From positions 107,798 to 171,797 of the forward strand of contig JAQVTI010000001.1 of NCBI GenBank assembly GCA_028700115.1: a stretch of DNA of 64,000 nucleotides, in the 5' to 3' direction. The notes under the pieces are model-generated. The model was not told where the DNA came from and made no database searches. It was given only the letters and a program-made list of their open reading frames with translations. This stretch comes from Candidatus Iainarchaeum sp. GTDB lineage: Archaea > Iainarchaeota > Iainarchaeia > Iainarchaeales > CSSED10-239. Position 1 is the stretch's first letter; each line of letters begins with the position of its first letter. The position numbers and the translations under genes are program-made. Positions 8,167-18,537 of the stretch are shown here, one piece after another.

Positions 8167-9872
8167 GAATTATTTTTAAGCTTATCTTCAACATCTTTTC
8201 TTAAATAACTTAAATATGCAGATTTATAAAAAGACAAATTATCAGGACCTTCTTGAATTAGAACATTTATTCTTTCCAAAAGATAATTTGATTCTAAAAC
8301 TTTAGGAATAATTACTAAATCTGAACCTTCTTCATAAAGTTTTAAAGCATGCTCATTTGTTTTTGCTCTAGTATATATTATTATATTAGGATTTATATTT
8401 TTTGCAATTTTTAAAAATCTCATAGTAATATCAAATCTTGGTAAAGTTAAAATTACTGCCTTGGCATTTTCTAAATCTAAAGATTTTATAATATCCATAT
8501 TATTTATATCCCCACAAATCGCATTTTGTTTATTTTTAATTAATGGAATTATTTTTTCAGGATCTTGATCAACTATAACTAAGGGAATATTTTCATCTCT
8601 TCCTAAAACTTTAATAACTGCTTCACCCACAACATCAGAACCTACAATAATTATATGATCTTTAATTTTTTTTGGGAGATGTTTTAAATATTCAATTTTT
8701 CTAGAAAAATGCTTTAATTTAAAATTTTTAAAAACAGGACTTAAAAAATTATAAATATTATCATTATATTTTGAAAAATATGGAGTTAAAACCATAGTTA
8801 ATGCAGTTATAATTATTATTGCAGAATATTGAGAAGAAGTAATTTGATTTAAAATCCAACCTTGCATAGCTAAAATTAAGGAAAATTCAGACACTTGTGC
8901 TAAAATAACAGTTGTCTTTATAGAAATTCTAGAACCATACCCAGAAAATAATAATATGAAAAAATGAATTAGAGGCTTAATTATAAAAATAAATAAAAGT
9001 AATGCAATTAATAATAAAGGAACCCCCTCCTTAAAACTAAAAGATAATTGCATTCCTAAAGATACAAAAAAAATCATAGAAAGTAAATCTCTAATACTTG
9101 ATATTTTATTTGTAATCTCTAAATTATATGGAAAAACAGATATAGCTAATCCACCTATAAAAGCACCAACTGCAATATCAAAATTTAAAAAATAAGAAAT
9201 AAAAATAAACAAAAAACAACTACCTATTGCAAGTAAAAAAAAACTTTGAGAAGATTTAAATGCAGATTTTACAACTTTTGGATAAAAAAATTTATTTAAT
9301 AAAAATGCAATAAATATTAAAATAGCAGTTTTTCCAAAAACATTTAAAAGTAAATTTATTGAAAATAAATTTAAATCTTTTAAAATTGGAATAGCAATTA
9401 TTGCAATTAAATCTTCAACTAATAAAATTCCAATACTTAATTTACCATGTAAAGAACCCATTTCAAAATTTTCAATTAAAATCTTTGCAACAAGCATTGT
9501 AGAACTAAATGAAAGAATAAAAGAAAAATATAAAGATTGAGTAAAAGTCATTTTCAAAAATGATTGAAAGCATATAAGTATTAAAAAAGTAAAAATAATA
9601 TTAAAAAAAGGAAGTAAAAATACAGATAAATTTAATTTACTAATTTGTTTAAAATCAGTACTTATACCTACACTAAAAAGTAAAAATGCAATCCCAAGCT
9701 CAGATAAAAGTAAAATTTCTGTAGTATTTGAAACCCAATTAAAAACTAAAGGACCAATTAAAATTCCAGTAACTATAAATGCTAAAAGCGGAGGTTGATT
9801 TAGTTTATTAAAAATATAAGTCATGATTGTTGAAACTATTATAATTATACTCAAAGTAATTAAAAAATCCAT
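8136..9872 (-). CDS. CPA2 family K+(Na+)/H+ antiporter with C-terminal RCK/TrkA-N domain (KefB-like)
   Basis: About 12 TM helices, then a Rossmann motif IIIVGSDVVGEAVIKVLGRDENIPLVIVDQD. The last approximately 10 codons (the KKIKTLKK tail) read through the first repeat copies. Confidence 0.7.
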   Translation of the reverse strand: MDFLITLSIIIIVSTIMTYIFNKLNQPPLLAFIVTGILIGPLVFNWVSNTTEILLLSELGIAFLLFSVGISTDFKQISKLNLSVFLLPFFNIIFTFLILICFQSFLKMTFTQSLYFSFILSFSSTMLVAKILIENFEMGSLHGKLSIGILLVEDLIAIIAIPILKDLNLFSINLLLNVFGKTAILIFIAFLLNKFFYPKVVKSAFKSSQSFFLLAIGSCFLFIFISYFLNFDIAVGAFIGGLAISVFPYNLEITNKISSIRDLLSMIFFVSLGMQLSFSFKEGVPLLLIALLLFIFIIKPLIHFFILLFSGYGSRISIKTTVILAQVSEFSLILAMQGWILNQITSSQYSAIIIITALTMVLTPYFSKYNDNIYNFLSPVFKNFKLKHFSRKIEYLKHLPKKIKDHIIIVGSDVVGEAVIKVLGRDENIPLVIVDQDPEKIIPLIKNKQNAICGDINNMDIIKSLDLENAKAVILTLPRFDITMRFLKIAKNINPNIIIYTRAKTNEHALKLYEEGSDLVIIPKVLESNYLLERINVLIQEGPDNLSFYKSAYLSYLRKDVEDKLKNNSFKKIKTLKK

Positions 9873-10017
9873 AAATAATCGTATTAAATTTAATAAATTT
9901 TACAAAATTTTATATCTATAATAAATATAAAAACAATGCTTTATAAATATATTGTATATAAAAATTAAATAGATATTATTTTAAAAAATATAATCTTGGA
10001 CACTATAAGGTGAAAAA

Positions 10018-10440
10018 ATGACAAATTATTTAATAAAAGATTGTTTAAACGATCATACAAAGATATCAAAAATAAATAATTCTTGTAAAGAATTACATAT
10101 TACACAAGCATTTTCATATAAAACTGCTGAAAAAATATATAATAAATCAAAAAAAATTAATTTAATAACAGTATCAAAATCTACAAAAGAAAGAATAAGC
10201 CCAAAAACCAAACAATTTTTAAAATCAAAAAATATTAATTTAGTTATAAAAAAAGAACAAGGAAGACCAATAGATATTCCTATTGAAAAATTAAATCAAA
10301 TAATAAAAATGCACAAAGATTATTCATATAGAGATTTAGCCGAAAAATTAAAAATACCAAAATCTACAATACATTATTTAATTAAAAAATCAAAAAAGAA
10401 AAAATTAAAAAATGGAAATAAAATTATTTATTTAAAATAA
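10018..10440 (+). CDS. small basic protein with C-terminal resolvase-type HTH
   Basis: EQGRPIDIPIEKLNQIIKMHKDYSYRDLAEKLKIPKSTIHYLIKK resembles the HTH_7 tail of serine recombinases. There is no catalytic Ser domain. Confidence 0.3.
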   Translation: MTNYLIKDCLNDHTKISKINNSCKELHITQAFSYKTAEKIYNKSKKINLITVSKSTKERISPKTKQFLKSKNINLVIKKEQGRPIDIPIEKLNQIIKMHKDYSYRDLAEKLKIPKSTIHYLIKKSKKKKLKNGNKIIYLK

Positions 10441-10467
10441 TATTTATAAAAATAAAGAAAAAAAGGT

Positions 10468-10815
10468 TTAAGCAACACCTTCTACATTTTCTTTATTACC
10501 TTCTTGTTTTTTAGAAGAATTTTCTTTTGAAAATTCATTTAATTTTTTTATAATTTCAGATTCTTGTTTTTCTAAATTTTTTAATTTTAATTCAACTGTT
10601 TCTTTAGAATCTTTTGTTTGTTTTAAAACATCTGTTTTATCAGTCATAATAAAGATGTTTCCAACACCTTTAAAGACTCTTTTTTCAGAAGTTTTTTCAA
10701 GTTCTTTAATAGAAGAATCTAAAATATTTATTTGAAATTGCAATTGTTGTTTTTGTTGTGAAACAAACATTAATTGTTGTTTGTAAGTATTTACCATATT
10801 TTTTTCATTACTCAT
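10468..10815 (-). CDS. pfdB: prefoldin beta subunit
   Basis: Coiled-coil, central beta-hairpin (KGVGNIFIM), coiled-coil. Terminal gene of the conserved exosome superoperon. Confidence 0.6.
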   Translation of the reverse strand: MSNEKNMVNTYKQQLMFVSQQKQQLQFQINILDSSIKELEKTSEKRVFKGVGNIFIMTDKTDVLKQTKDSKETVELKLKNLEKQESEIIKKLNEFSKENSSKKQEGNKENVEGVA

Positions 10816-11060
10816 AAATCCACCTCATAAGTTTTAGATATAAGTTCTAATAAACTTATATAATTATTCATTGTTGCTTTAAAAGCAATAATATCTTTTG
10901 CAAAAATCTTAATTACAAGATTTTTAGAATTATCAATATATATTTCTGAATCAGATCTTTTAAAATCTTTTCTTTTAATTTCTAAATCTAATAATTTTTT
11001 TAAATTAATAGATTCTTTTGTAGAAATTATAATTTCAGAAGATAATATATTATCAATCAA
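10812..11060 (-). CDS. Pcc1-like KEOPS subunit (COG2892-type)
   Basis: 82 aa. Sits between Brix and prefoldin beta, where the archaeal superoperon carries the Pcc1 homolog. Sequence alone is weak. Confidence 0.4.
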   Translation of the reverse strand: MIDNILSSEIIISTKESINLKKLLDLEIKRKDFKRSDSEIYIDNSKNLVIKIFAKDIIAFKATMNNYISLLELISKTYEVDL

Positions 11061-11520
11061 ACATAATCACTTTTAAAAGTTTAAATTTTATCCCAAGAAA
11101 AACATCTTGAAATCTAAATTCAAAAAAATCATTTTCATAAAAAAGTTCAAAATCACTTTTTACAGTTTTTTTATTTTTATCTAAAAAATAAAATAAATTT
11201 TTGGAATCTTTTATCTTAATTGGTATAAATGCTTTAAAAGATTTAAAAGATCTTAAATCAATTAAATCTATTAAATATTCTCTTTCTGGATAAAATGAAT
11301 TATCTTTATTTTTATAAATTAAAATACTAATAGATTTTAATCTGTTTTTTTTAATCAAAATAAAATATTTACATCCAAGATAATTTAACTTATTAAAAAT
11401 ATTTTTAAGAGGACCTTTTCCTCTTGGAAAATAATTTAAATTCAGAAGTTTAGAAAGATATTTTGCAAATTTAATAAGAGTTAAATTTGCATTTCTTGAA
11501 CAACTGATATTAATACTCAT
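11053..11520 (-). CDS. Brix-domain (Imp4-like) ribosome biogenesis protein
   Basis: Size and position downstream of rpoP in the superoperon. GKGPLKN motif region. Confidence 0.5.
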   Translation of the reverse strand: MSINISCSRNANLTLIKFAKYLSKLLNLNYFPRGKGPLKNIFNKLNYLGCKYFILIKKNRLKSISILIYKNKDNSFYPEREYLIDLIDLRSFKSFKAFIPIKIKDSKNLFYFLDKNKKTVKSDFELFYENDFFEFRFQDVFLGIKFKLLKVIMFD

Positions 11521-11529
11521 AAATATCTT

Positions 11530-11658
11530 TTAATAAGCTTTAATTTTTTTAATAATAGGAAATCTTTTTTTATAAAAAGTCCTAGAACCACAAACACTAC
11601 ATTTATTATTTTCTGGAATCTCATCAAATTCAGTTTTACATCTTGAACAATAATACAT
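11530..11658 (-). CDS. rpoP: DNA-directed RNA polymerase subunit P (RpoP/Rpc10), not in ORF track
   Basis: Manual translation MYYCSRCKTEFDEIPENNKCSVCGSRTFYKKRFPIIKKIKAY: 42 aa Zn ribbon CxxC..CxxC. Lies between Brix and L37ae, exactly as in the conserved superoperon. Confidence 0.7.
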   Translation of the reverse strand: MYYCSRCKTEFDEIPENNKCSVCGSRTFYKKRFPIIKKIKAY

Positions 11659-11680
11659 TTATATTCACCATTTATTTAAA

Positions 11681-11908
11681 TTATTTAGAACTTAATCTAT
11701 ATGCAGCACCTGCAATTTGGGATTTACATTTATCACATTTATAAATTCCAGAAGCTGTTCTTTTAATTTTTCCTTTATACCCACAATTAGGACAAACATA
11801 TTCAGATTTATTTGTTTTTGTAGCTAAAATATATTTTTGTCTAATACCTCTTCCAGATCTAACACCATATTTTCCAGTTTGTTTAACTTTTTCTGTAGCC
11901 ATAATCAA
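11681..11908 (-). CDS. rpl37ae: ribosomal protein L37ae (eL43)
   Basis: GKYGVRSGRGIRQ..CPNCGY..KCDKCKSQIAGAAY is a classic L37ae Zn ribbon. Confidence 0.9.
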   Translation of the reverse strand: MIMATEKVKQTGKYGVRSGRGIRQKYILATKTNKSEYVCPNCGYKGKIKRTASGIYKCDKCKSQIAGAAYRLSSK

Positions 11909-11966
11909 ATCACTTTTTTAATTTTTATTTTTTTTTAATTTTTATAATATTTTAATTCTATAAAAA

Positions 11967-12764
11967 TTATATTAAACTTTTAATAATCTTAATAATTGAA
12001 TCATATTTTTTTATTGCAAGATCAATCATTATATTAATTTCATCTTCACTAAAACTTCCACCTTTACTTTTTTGACAAGAAACAATTGTATCTTTAATAA
12101 GACCCAAACTAAATCTAGTATTAGATGTAAATTCTTCTTCTTCTGTAGGATCTATTAAAATTTTATTATCTATTTTCTCAAAAGTAATTGATAAAGGAAT
12201 TTTATTTAAATCTATTGGAAGAGAATCAGAAGATAATTCTTTTCCAATATTATTATTTTCATCTAAAATTGGAATTTTAGTATTTAATAAAGCTGCAAGA
12301 GCTGCAAATTCAGTAGCATCTATTAAATTTCCATCTGCATTAATTGCAATACAATCAATAAAAATAACAAATACTTTTTCACCAGAAACAATAGATAATT
12401 TTTTAAAGTCAATAAATTCTGAAGATCTTAAAGCTCTATCAGCAACTCTTCCATATTCAATTGCATCTATTTGTGGGGGTCCAGTAAAAAAATCTGGAGA
12501 AGAAATACCTGTTAATTCTAAATTTAAACTCATAGATCCTTCATCAGGAGAATCTGGATAAGGACTACCTACTGCAAACTTAATTCCTGCAATTATTTCT
12601 GTATTACCTAATTTTACCCATGCAGATCCTGCTGCAGATGGAATCACACCTGTTTTTATTTCAAGATTTCTAAATTCATCTAAATTTCTTCCATCTAATC
12701 TTTTTCCTTCTTTAATTAATTTTAAAACATTATCTGCATTAACAATATTTAATATACTACTCAT
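11967..12764 (-). CDS. rrp42: exosome complex component Rrp42 (RNase PH-like, inactive)
   Basis: RNase PH fold composition, and position after rrp41 in the operon. Confidence 0.75.
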   Translation of the reverse strand: MSSILNIVNADNVLKLIKEGKRLDGRNLDEFRNLEIKTGVIPSAAGSAWVKLGNTEIIAGIKFAVGSPYPDSPDEGSMSLNLELTGISSPDFFTGPPQIDAIEYGRVADRALRSSEFIDFKKLSIVSGEKVFVIFIDCIAINADGNLIDATEFAALAALLNTKIPILDENNNIGKELSSDSLPIDLNKIPLSITFEKIDNKILIDPTEEEEFTSNTRFSLGLIKDTIVSCQKSKGGSFSEDEINIMIDLAIKKYDSIIKIIKSLI

Positions 12765-13486
12765 TGTAAATCACCTTCTAATGGATACTTTTCAAGAATT
12801 GCTTTCTTTTGAAGTTCATAAACTTTTTCAGCACCCTTTACTCCTACAGAAATTATTTTTTTCCAATCTTTTTGATTTACAAAACCATCCATTTGCATTA
12901 AAACAATTTCATTTTGTGGCATTAAAACCCCAATTGCTGTGTCTACAGCATCAAAAGTATCTTCTTCATCTTTTGTTAAATCTAAAACAAATTCTCCATT
13001 TGCTCTTCCTGAAGCAACAGCACTAACAAGACCTTTCATTGGAAGACCTGCATCAGCACACGCTAAAGATGCAGCTGTTAATGCAGCAGCTCTTGTTCCA
13101 GCATCCGCAGAAAGAATTATTGAATTTATATCAATAACAGTATTTGGAAATTGCTCTAAATCAATTGCTTTTTCTAAAGCAAACCCAGAAACTAAAGAAA
13201 TTTCTTTATCTCTTTTTCCAGGAACTGGATTTTTTCTATCAGATACTGAAAAAGGAGCCATTCTATATCTATAATCAATTACAGCCTTTGTAGAATCTGC
13301 TAAATGTTTTGGAAACATTGGTTTTGGTCCATGAACAGTAGCAATAACTATATTTCTACCCCATTCTAAATAACAGGAACCATCTGCACTTTTTACAACA
13401 CCTAATTTTATATTTATAGGTCTTAATTGATCTATTTGTCTATTATCTAATCTTGTCATATTATCACACTCATATATTTTTCTCAA
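12761..13486 (-). CDS. rrp41: exosome complex exonuclease Rrp41 (RNase PH domain)
   Basis: LRPINIKLGVVKSADGSCYLEWGRNIVIATVHGP, plus phosphate-binding GTRAAAL-type AGTRAAAL. Confidence 0.85.
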   Translation of the reverse strand: MRKIYECDNMTRLDNRQIDQLRPINIKLGVVKSADGSCYLEWGRNIVIATVHGPKPMFPKHLADSTKAVIDYRYRMAPFSVSDRKNPVPGKRDKEISLVSGFALEKAIDLEQFPNTVIDINSIILSADAGTRAAALTAASLACADAGLPMKGLVSAVASGRANGEFVLDLTKDEEDTFDAVDTAIGVLMPQNEIVLMQMDGFVNQKDWKKIISVGVKGAEKVYELQKKAILEKYPLEGDLQ

Positions 13487-14081
13487 TATATTCTTTTATT
13501 GAATTTGTAAGGTTTGATTTTTGAGAATTATTTATAATCAAATTAATTGCATTTTCTAAAATTAAATAATTATCACAATTATACCAAATCCAACCATTTT
13601 TACCAATAACAATATTGGCTTTAAGTAAATTTTTAAATAAATTAAGCATAGAATCATTTTTACCAATAAGCCTTGGAACTTTTACAGGAGATGCATTAAA
13701 AAGTCTTCCTTTTGGTAAAATATTTATATGATCTATATCAATAGTATCATTATCATTAACACTAGAAAGCCTTGCAAAAATAATTTGCCCTTTTTTAAGT
13801 TCTTTTTTAATCATTGATTTTGGTAAAAAAGTATCTGTAAAAGAATTATATTCTAAAACATAACCATTTGGAAGATCATCTTTTACAATCAAAATAATCC
13901 CATCATTAACATTTGGCTTATAAATCCCATTTAAAGCAACAACTGAAATATAATCTGTTGATTCAGATAATAACCCAACAACTTGACTATAAACTTTATT
14001 ATTTAAAAGAAAAACATTTGATCCTAATTTTTTTCGTTGATCAGTTAGAAACTCTCCTGGGATTACAATTTTTTTATCCAT
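13470..14081 (-). CDS. rrp4: exosome RNA-binding subunit Rrp4 (S1 + KH)
   Basis: KH GxxG motif IVIGKNGWIW near the C-terminus. S1-like middle domain. Shorter than usual at 203 aa. Confidence 0.65.
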   Translation of the reverse strand: MDKKIVIPGEFLTDQRKKLGSNVFLLNNKVYSQVVGLLSESTDYISVVALNGIYKPNVNDGIILIVKDDLPNGYVLEYNSFTDTFLPKSMIKKELKKGQIIFARLSSVNDNDTIDIDHINILPKGRLFNASPVKVPRLIGKNDSMLNLFKNLLKANIVIGKNGWIWYNCDNYLILENAINLIINNSQKSNLTNSIKEYIEKNI

Positions 14082-14155
14082 TTTTAAATCACACTCACTA
14101 TTAAATTTAAGATATTTATAAAATTTATAATTATTTAAAAAAAATCTTTAAAAAA

Positions 14156-14863
14156 TTAAATATCTTCTTCAACTTTTAAAATAATATTACCATGTGTAAC
14201 ATTATTTAATTCAGAAACTAATTGATTTTTAAGACCAGAAGCAATCTTTATTTTTGCAATAAGACTACCATTTGAAAGCCATTTTTGATCAATAATTTCA
14301 TATTTATAAACAACTGATGAAGCTCTACCAGAATAACTTGCTGGAATTTCAACAGAAACTATAATTTTCTCTAAAGAAATTGGCATAATTCTTTTTAATT
14401 TATCTAAAATTTCTTCAATTTCTTTATCTTTTGTTTTATTTAAATTTATTTTTATTTTTAATTCCTCAAATGCATTTCTTATTCTTTGTTCTGGTATTGG
14501 GGTTTTATTTTTAGGATCATGAGCATTTGTTTTAATAAAAGTAATTATTTCATTTTCTCTTTTTTCAACCATTTGTTGTTTTTGAACAGTAGTTAATTGA
14601 ACATCTCCATGCATTATTATTTCTTTTGCAATTTTAAAAAAATCTGTAGTCCCAAAAATACTACTTAAATCTTCTTTTGAAGCTTCTTCTCCTTTTTTAG
14701 CATCAGTATATACAGCTTCATAAGCAACCATATTGTCTATAGAAATATCTTTACCATGTTTAAAATCCCATGCCATGAAAGGATCAACATAAATTTCAAA
14801 ATTTAATTCATTTTTTTTTAATCTTGCAAGAACTGCATCATCCATTTTAACCATAACAATCAT
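14156..14863 (-). CDS. sdo1: SBDS / Sdo1 ribosome maturation protein
   Basis: KNELNFEIYVDPFMAWDFKHGKD N-terminal FYSH-domain signature. Operon position after psmA. Confidence 0.8.
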   Translation of the reverse strand: MIVMVKMDDAVLARLKKNELNFEIYVDPFMAWDFKHGKDISIDNMVAYEAVYTDAKKGEEASKEDLSSIFGTTDFFKIAKEIIMHGDVQLTTVQKQQMVEKRENEIITFIKTNAHDPKNKTPIPEQRIRNAFEELKIKINLNKTKDKEIEEILDKLKRIMPISLEKIIVSVEIPASYSGRASSVVYKYEIIDQKWLSNGSLIAKIKIASGLKNQLVSELNNVTHGNIILKVEEDI

Positions 14864-15579
14864 ATAAATTTATTTATTTTTTCAACAGATATTCTTTCAC
14901 AAATTTTATCAGAAACAAAATATGCTTCTAAATTACTAGCAATTAATTTTTGTTTAGATTCTAAATTTTGTGAAAGTGTTTTTAATGCTAATTTTAATGC
15001 ATCATCACTTGATAATTTTTCTTTAAAATTTTTTTCTAAAAAAGACATTAGTTTATTTCTATTTTGACCAATTGCAGCAGCTTTATAAGAAGTTGTTGCC
15101 CCACTAGGTTCTGTTTCAAAAATATGATTTCCTAAAGAATCAAAACCAATTGTTAAAGTAGAAACCCCAAAAGGTCTTGCCCCACCATACTGGGTATAAT
15201 ATTGAACTATATTTGCTACTTTTTTAACTAATGTTTCTATCTCTATAGGATCATCATAATATACTTTATTCTCTTGAGCAATTTGTCTTGCAAAATCTAC
15301 AAGTCTTCTACCATCTCCAATTAAACCAGAACATGCGATCCATATATGCTTATCTATTTTAAAAATTTTTTCAATAGAATCTGGGATAATTAAAGAAGAA
15401 TATATTTTTTTATCAGCAACAACAACAACACCTTCCTTATAAGTAATTGCTACTGCTGGAGATCCTTTTTCTATAATTTTTGAAGCATAATCTACTTGAT
15501 ATAGATGACCTTCAGGACTAAAAACTGTAATTGAACGATCATAGGCTTGTGCCATATTAGCACCAGAAACTGGAAACAA
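14860..15579 (-). CDS. psmA: proteasome alpha subunit
   Basis: AYDRSITVFSPEGHLYQVDYA alpha-subunit N-terminal signature. Confidence 0.9.
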   Translation of the reverse strand: MFPVSGANMAQAYDRSITVFSPEGHLYQVDYASKIIEKGSPAVAITYKEGVVVVADKKIYSSLIIPDSIEKIFKIDKHIWIACSGLIGDGRRLVDFARQIAQENKVYYDDPIEIETLVKKVANIVQYYTQYGGARPFGVSTLTIGFDSLGNHIFETEPSGATTSYKAAAIGQNRNKLMSFLEKNFKEKLSSDDALKLALKTLSQNLESKQKLIASNLEAYFVSDKICERISVEKINKFI

Positions 15580-15748
15580 AATTATTCACCTTTTTTATTT
15601 TTTATATAATTTTATTTATATAATCAAACATAATCTAAAATTAGATCTATTTTTTTAAATCTTCTTTTCTATATAATATATATAGTTAACACTTATAAAT
15701 ATATTGGAAAAATGAAAATATTATAAAAACATAAAAAATATAAAAAAT

Positions 15749-16090
15749 TTAAGAAATTAAAGACTTTAAAGTAAAAGATTGCTTTTCTATAAAAAGTAAT
15801 CCTAAATCATTATTTATATAAAAAAGAGAACTTAAAAAATCATTTAAAAATAATTTATTAACTCTTATAATTATAATATTATTTTTAAAATCTAAAACAG
15901 AAATATTTGCCGAAGAAGTTTTAAATAAACCATGTGTTTTTTGAAAATTTTTAATAAATATATATGCTAATTTTTTATTATCATAAGAAGATAAATCATT
16001 AAAACAACTAATTTTTAAATATCTTTTTTTATGTCTTAAAGTAGGTCTAATAACATTAATTTTTTTAAATTTAATCATATTTTTCCACAA
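15749..16090 (-). CDS. rnp2: RNase P protein component Pop5 (Rnp2)
   Basis: IRPTLRHKKRYLKISCF matches the archaeal Pop5 LRxKKRYI start. The real start is probably the internal MIKFKK. Immediately upstream of psmA, as in other archaea. Confidence 0.6.
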   Translation of the reverse strand: MWKNMIKFKKINVIRPTLRHKKRYLKISCFNDLSSYDNKKLAYIFIKNFQKTHGLFKTSSANISVLDFKNNIIIIRVNKLFLNDFLSSLFYINNDLGLLFIEKQSFTLKSLIS

Positions 16091-16691
16091 ATTTATTATA
16101 ATCTAAAATATTATTTAAGATATCTTGGTCTAAATTAAATTCTTTTAAAAAATTAAAAAGAACTTGTTTTGAACAAAGAGAATTTAGATCTTTTGCAAAA
16201 GAACAAAAATACATATTAATTAATTTTTGTTTAAGAAGTAATATAATAAATTGAGCTTGTTTTATATTTTTTTGAAAATTCTTAGATCTAAAAGAATTAT
16301 AATTAAAAACAACTTTAATATTATTTATTTTACACAAATTAGAACATTGCTCATCAAAAATTAGAGAATCAGATAAAGGATTATATAAATATTTAATATT
16401 TTTATTAATTAAAAATTTTGTAAGTTTATTACTTTTAGAAAAATTTGGATTAAATAAAATTATTTTTTTATCTAAATCTTTTAAAATAGAAATATCCTCT
16501 ATAAGATAAATATATTCTAAAGAAATTTTTTTAAAAGAAGAAAAATCAGGATTTAAAATAATATCTTTTTTTGAAACAATAGGAACTATTACAAAAATTT
16601 TATTAAAACCTAATTTTAAAAATATATTTTCTAGTTCTTTTGGATTTGAAGAATCTATTAAATCTTTATAAACTATATCAAAAAATTTCAT
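16071..16691 (-). CDS. rnp3: RNase P protein component Rpp30 (Rnp3)-like
   Basis: Size about 206 aa. MKFFDIVY.. start. Conserved position upstream of pop5 in the superoperon. Confidence 0.45.
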   Translation of the reverse strand: MKFFDIVYKDLIDSSNPKELENIFLKLGFNKIFVIVPIVSKKDIILNPDFSSFKKISLEYIYLIEDISILKDLDKKIILFNPNFSKSNKLTKFLINKNIKYLYNPLSDSLIFDEQCSNLCKINNIKVVFNYNSFRSKNFQKNIKQAQFIILLLKQKLINMYFCSFAKDLNSLCSKQVLFNFLKEFNLDQDILNNILDYNKFVEKYD

Positions 16692-16805
16692 AAAAATACC
16701 TTTATTTGAAATAAATTTTTATATTTTCTAAAAAAAATAAAAAATATAATAAATATATTTATTATAAAGAATTTATAAACATATACATTATTTAAAAATA
16801 AAAAA

Positions 16806-18512
16806 CTACATTTTAGAAGGGATATTTATACCTAAAAGATACAATGCATTTTCTAAAACAATATAAAATGCTTTTGTAAATAAAAGCCTATTTGTAGAAA
16901 TTGATTTATTATTACATAGAACATGACAAGAATTATAAAATTTATTAAAAATATGAGATAATTCAATTACATAATTTGCAATAATATTTGGTTTAAAGTC
17001 TTTAGATGCATATATAACTTTTTCTTTAAATTCATTTAATTTATTAATTAATAATAACTCTTCTTTTTCAAAATCATCTTTTAAAAATAAAAAATCAGTA
17101 TTAAAATTATTAAAATTAGATTTATCTAAAATACTTTTAGCTCTCACACCACTATATTGAACATAAGCAGAAGAATCACCATTAAGATCTGTAGATTTAT
17201 TTATATCAAAAACAATTGTTTTAAAAATAGAATTTTTTAATAATTCAAATTTTATAGTCCCAAAAGAAATATCTTTTATTACTTGACTATCTTTATCTAA
17301 ACCATTTTGATCTAAAACAAAATTTACTTTTTCAAATAAAGCATCTCTAAAATCTTCATATAAAAATAAAGACCCACTTCTAGATTTCATTTTTCCTTCA
17401 GGAGTATTTACAAGACCATGAGATATATGTTTATTATCTAAATTAGGATAAATTATTTTAAATAATTTAAATAATTGCTCAAAATAAAATTCTTGTTCAG
17501 AAGCAACAATATACAAAAAATTATTACAATCTTTAAATTTCTCTTTTTTAAGATTAATTAAACCAATATCTTTAGCACCGTATAAAAGTGCATGATTACT
17601 TTTAATAATAATAAAATTACCAAGATGCTTGTCATTTAAATCTGCAACAATTGCACCTTGATCTTCTTTAAAAATATAGTTATATTTATTAAAAAGGCCT
17701 TCTTTAATTTCATTAAATTTTTTCTCAGATTGACTTTCAAAAAAGTTAAAACATAAATTAATATCTAATTCTTTTGCAACTTCCATATACCCATTAAAAC
17801 TAGAATCTATGAAAAGCTTTAATCTATTTTGTAAATTAATATTTTTAATTAATTGAATTTGATAACTTTCAACTTGAGCTTTATATAAATCTTTATTTTC
17901 TAAAATTTTTTCACCAGCAAGAATGTATATATTACCAAACCATTTACTTTTATCTTTTTCAGGAATTAATTTTTTATTTTCAGCTAAAAAATTATCATAA
18001 TACCAAAGCCATTTTGCAATATGTGTCCCAACATCCCCCATATAAGAAACTGGTCTTGGATCAAAACCTGTAAATTTAAGTAATCTACAAATTGATTCTC
18101 CAACAACTCCATTTCTAATGTGACCTATATGAAGCATCTTTAAAGGATTTGGTTGAAAAGTGTCAATTACAAAAGATTTATTTTTACCAAAATCAGATTT
18201 ACCAAAATCTTTTTTTTTATTTAAAATCTCGGAAATTACATTTTTAACTAAAATTGAAGAATTAATAGTTGCATTTAAATAACCATTTAGTGATTTAAAA
18301 CTAAAAATATCAGAAAAAATATTTTCAGATAAATTATTAGAAATTACTACTGGAGATTTTTTTAAAGATTTAGATAAAAAAAAACAAGGAAAAGAAAAAT
18401 TTCCCAAATCTATTTTTGGAGGTATTTCTATAAGATCATATATTTCTTGAAAATTAAAATCAGAACCTAATTGTTCTAAAATAAGATCTGCAAAACACTT
18501 TTTATAATCCAT
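16806..18512 (-). CDS. argS: arginyl-tRNA synthetase
   Basis: Class I HIGH motif LHIGHIRNGVVGE. C-terminal anticodon-binding domain ending in Met (..INIPSKM), as is typical for ArgRS. Confidence 0.8.
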   Translation of the reverse strand: MDYKKCFADLILEQLGSDFNFQEIYDLIEIPPKIDLGNFSFPCFFLSKSLKKSPVVISNNLSENIFSDIFSFKSLNGYLNATINSSILVKNVISEILNKKKDFGKSDFGKNKSFVIDTFQPNPLKMLHIGHIRNGVVGESICRLLKFTGFDPRPVSYMGDVGTHIAKWLWYYDNFLAENKKLIPEKDKSKWFGNIYILAGEKILENKDLYKAQVESYQIQLIKNINLQNRLKLFIDSSFNGYMEVAKELDINLCFNFFESQSEKKFNEIKEGLFNKYNYIFKEDQGAIVADLNDKHLGNFIIIKSNHALLYGAKDIGLINLKKEKFKDCNNFLYIVASEQEFYFEQLFKLFKIIYPNLDNKHISHGLVNTPEGKMKSRSGSLFLYEDFRDALFEKVNFVLDQNGLDKDSQVIKDISFGTIKFELLKNSIFKTIVFDINKSTDLNGDSSAYVQYSGVRAKSILDKSNFNNFNTDFLFLKDDFEKEELLLINKLNEFKEKVIYASKDFKPNIIANYVIELSHIFNKFYNSCHVLCNNKSISTNRLLFTKAFYIVLENALYLLGINIPSKM

Positions 18513-18537
18513 TTTAAATCAAAATAAAATTTATAAG

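Noticed and set aside
10018-10440. Possible serine recombinase/resolvase
   Set aside because: Only the C-terminal HTH resembles resolvases. There is no catalytic domain with an N-terminal Ser nucleophile, so I call it a small HTH protein only.
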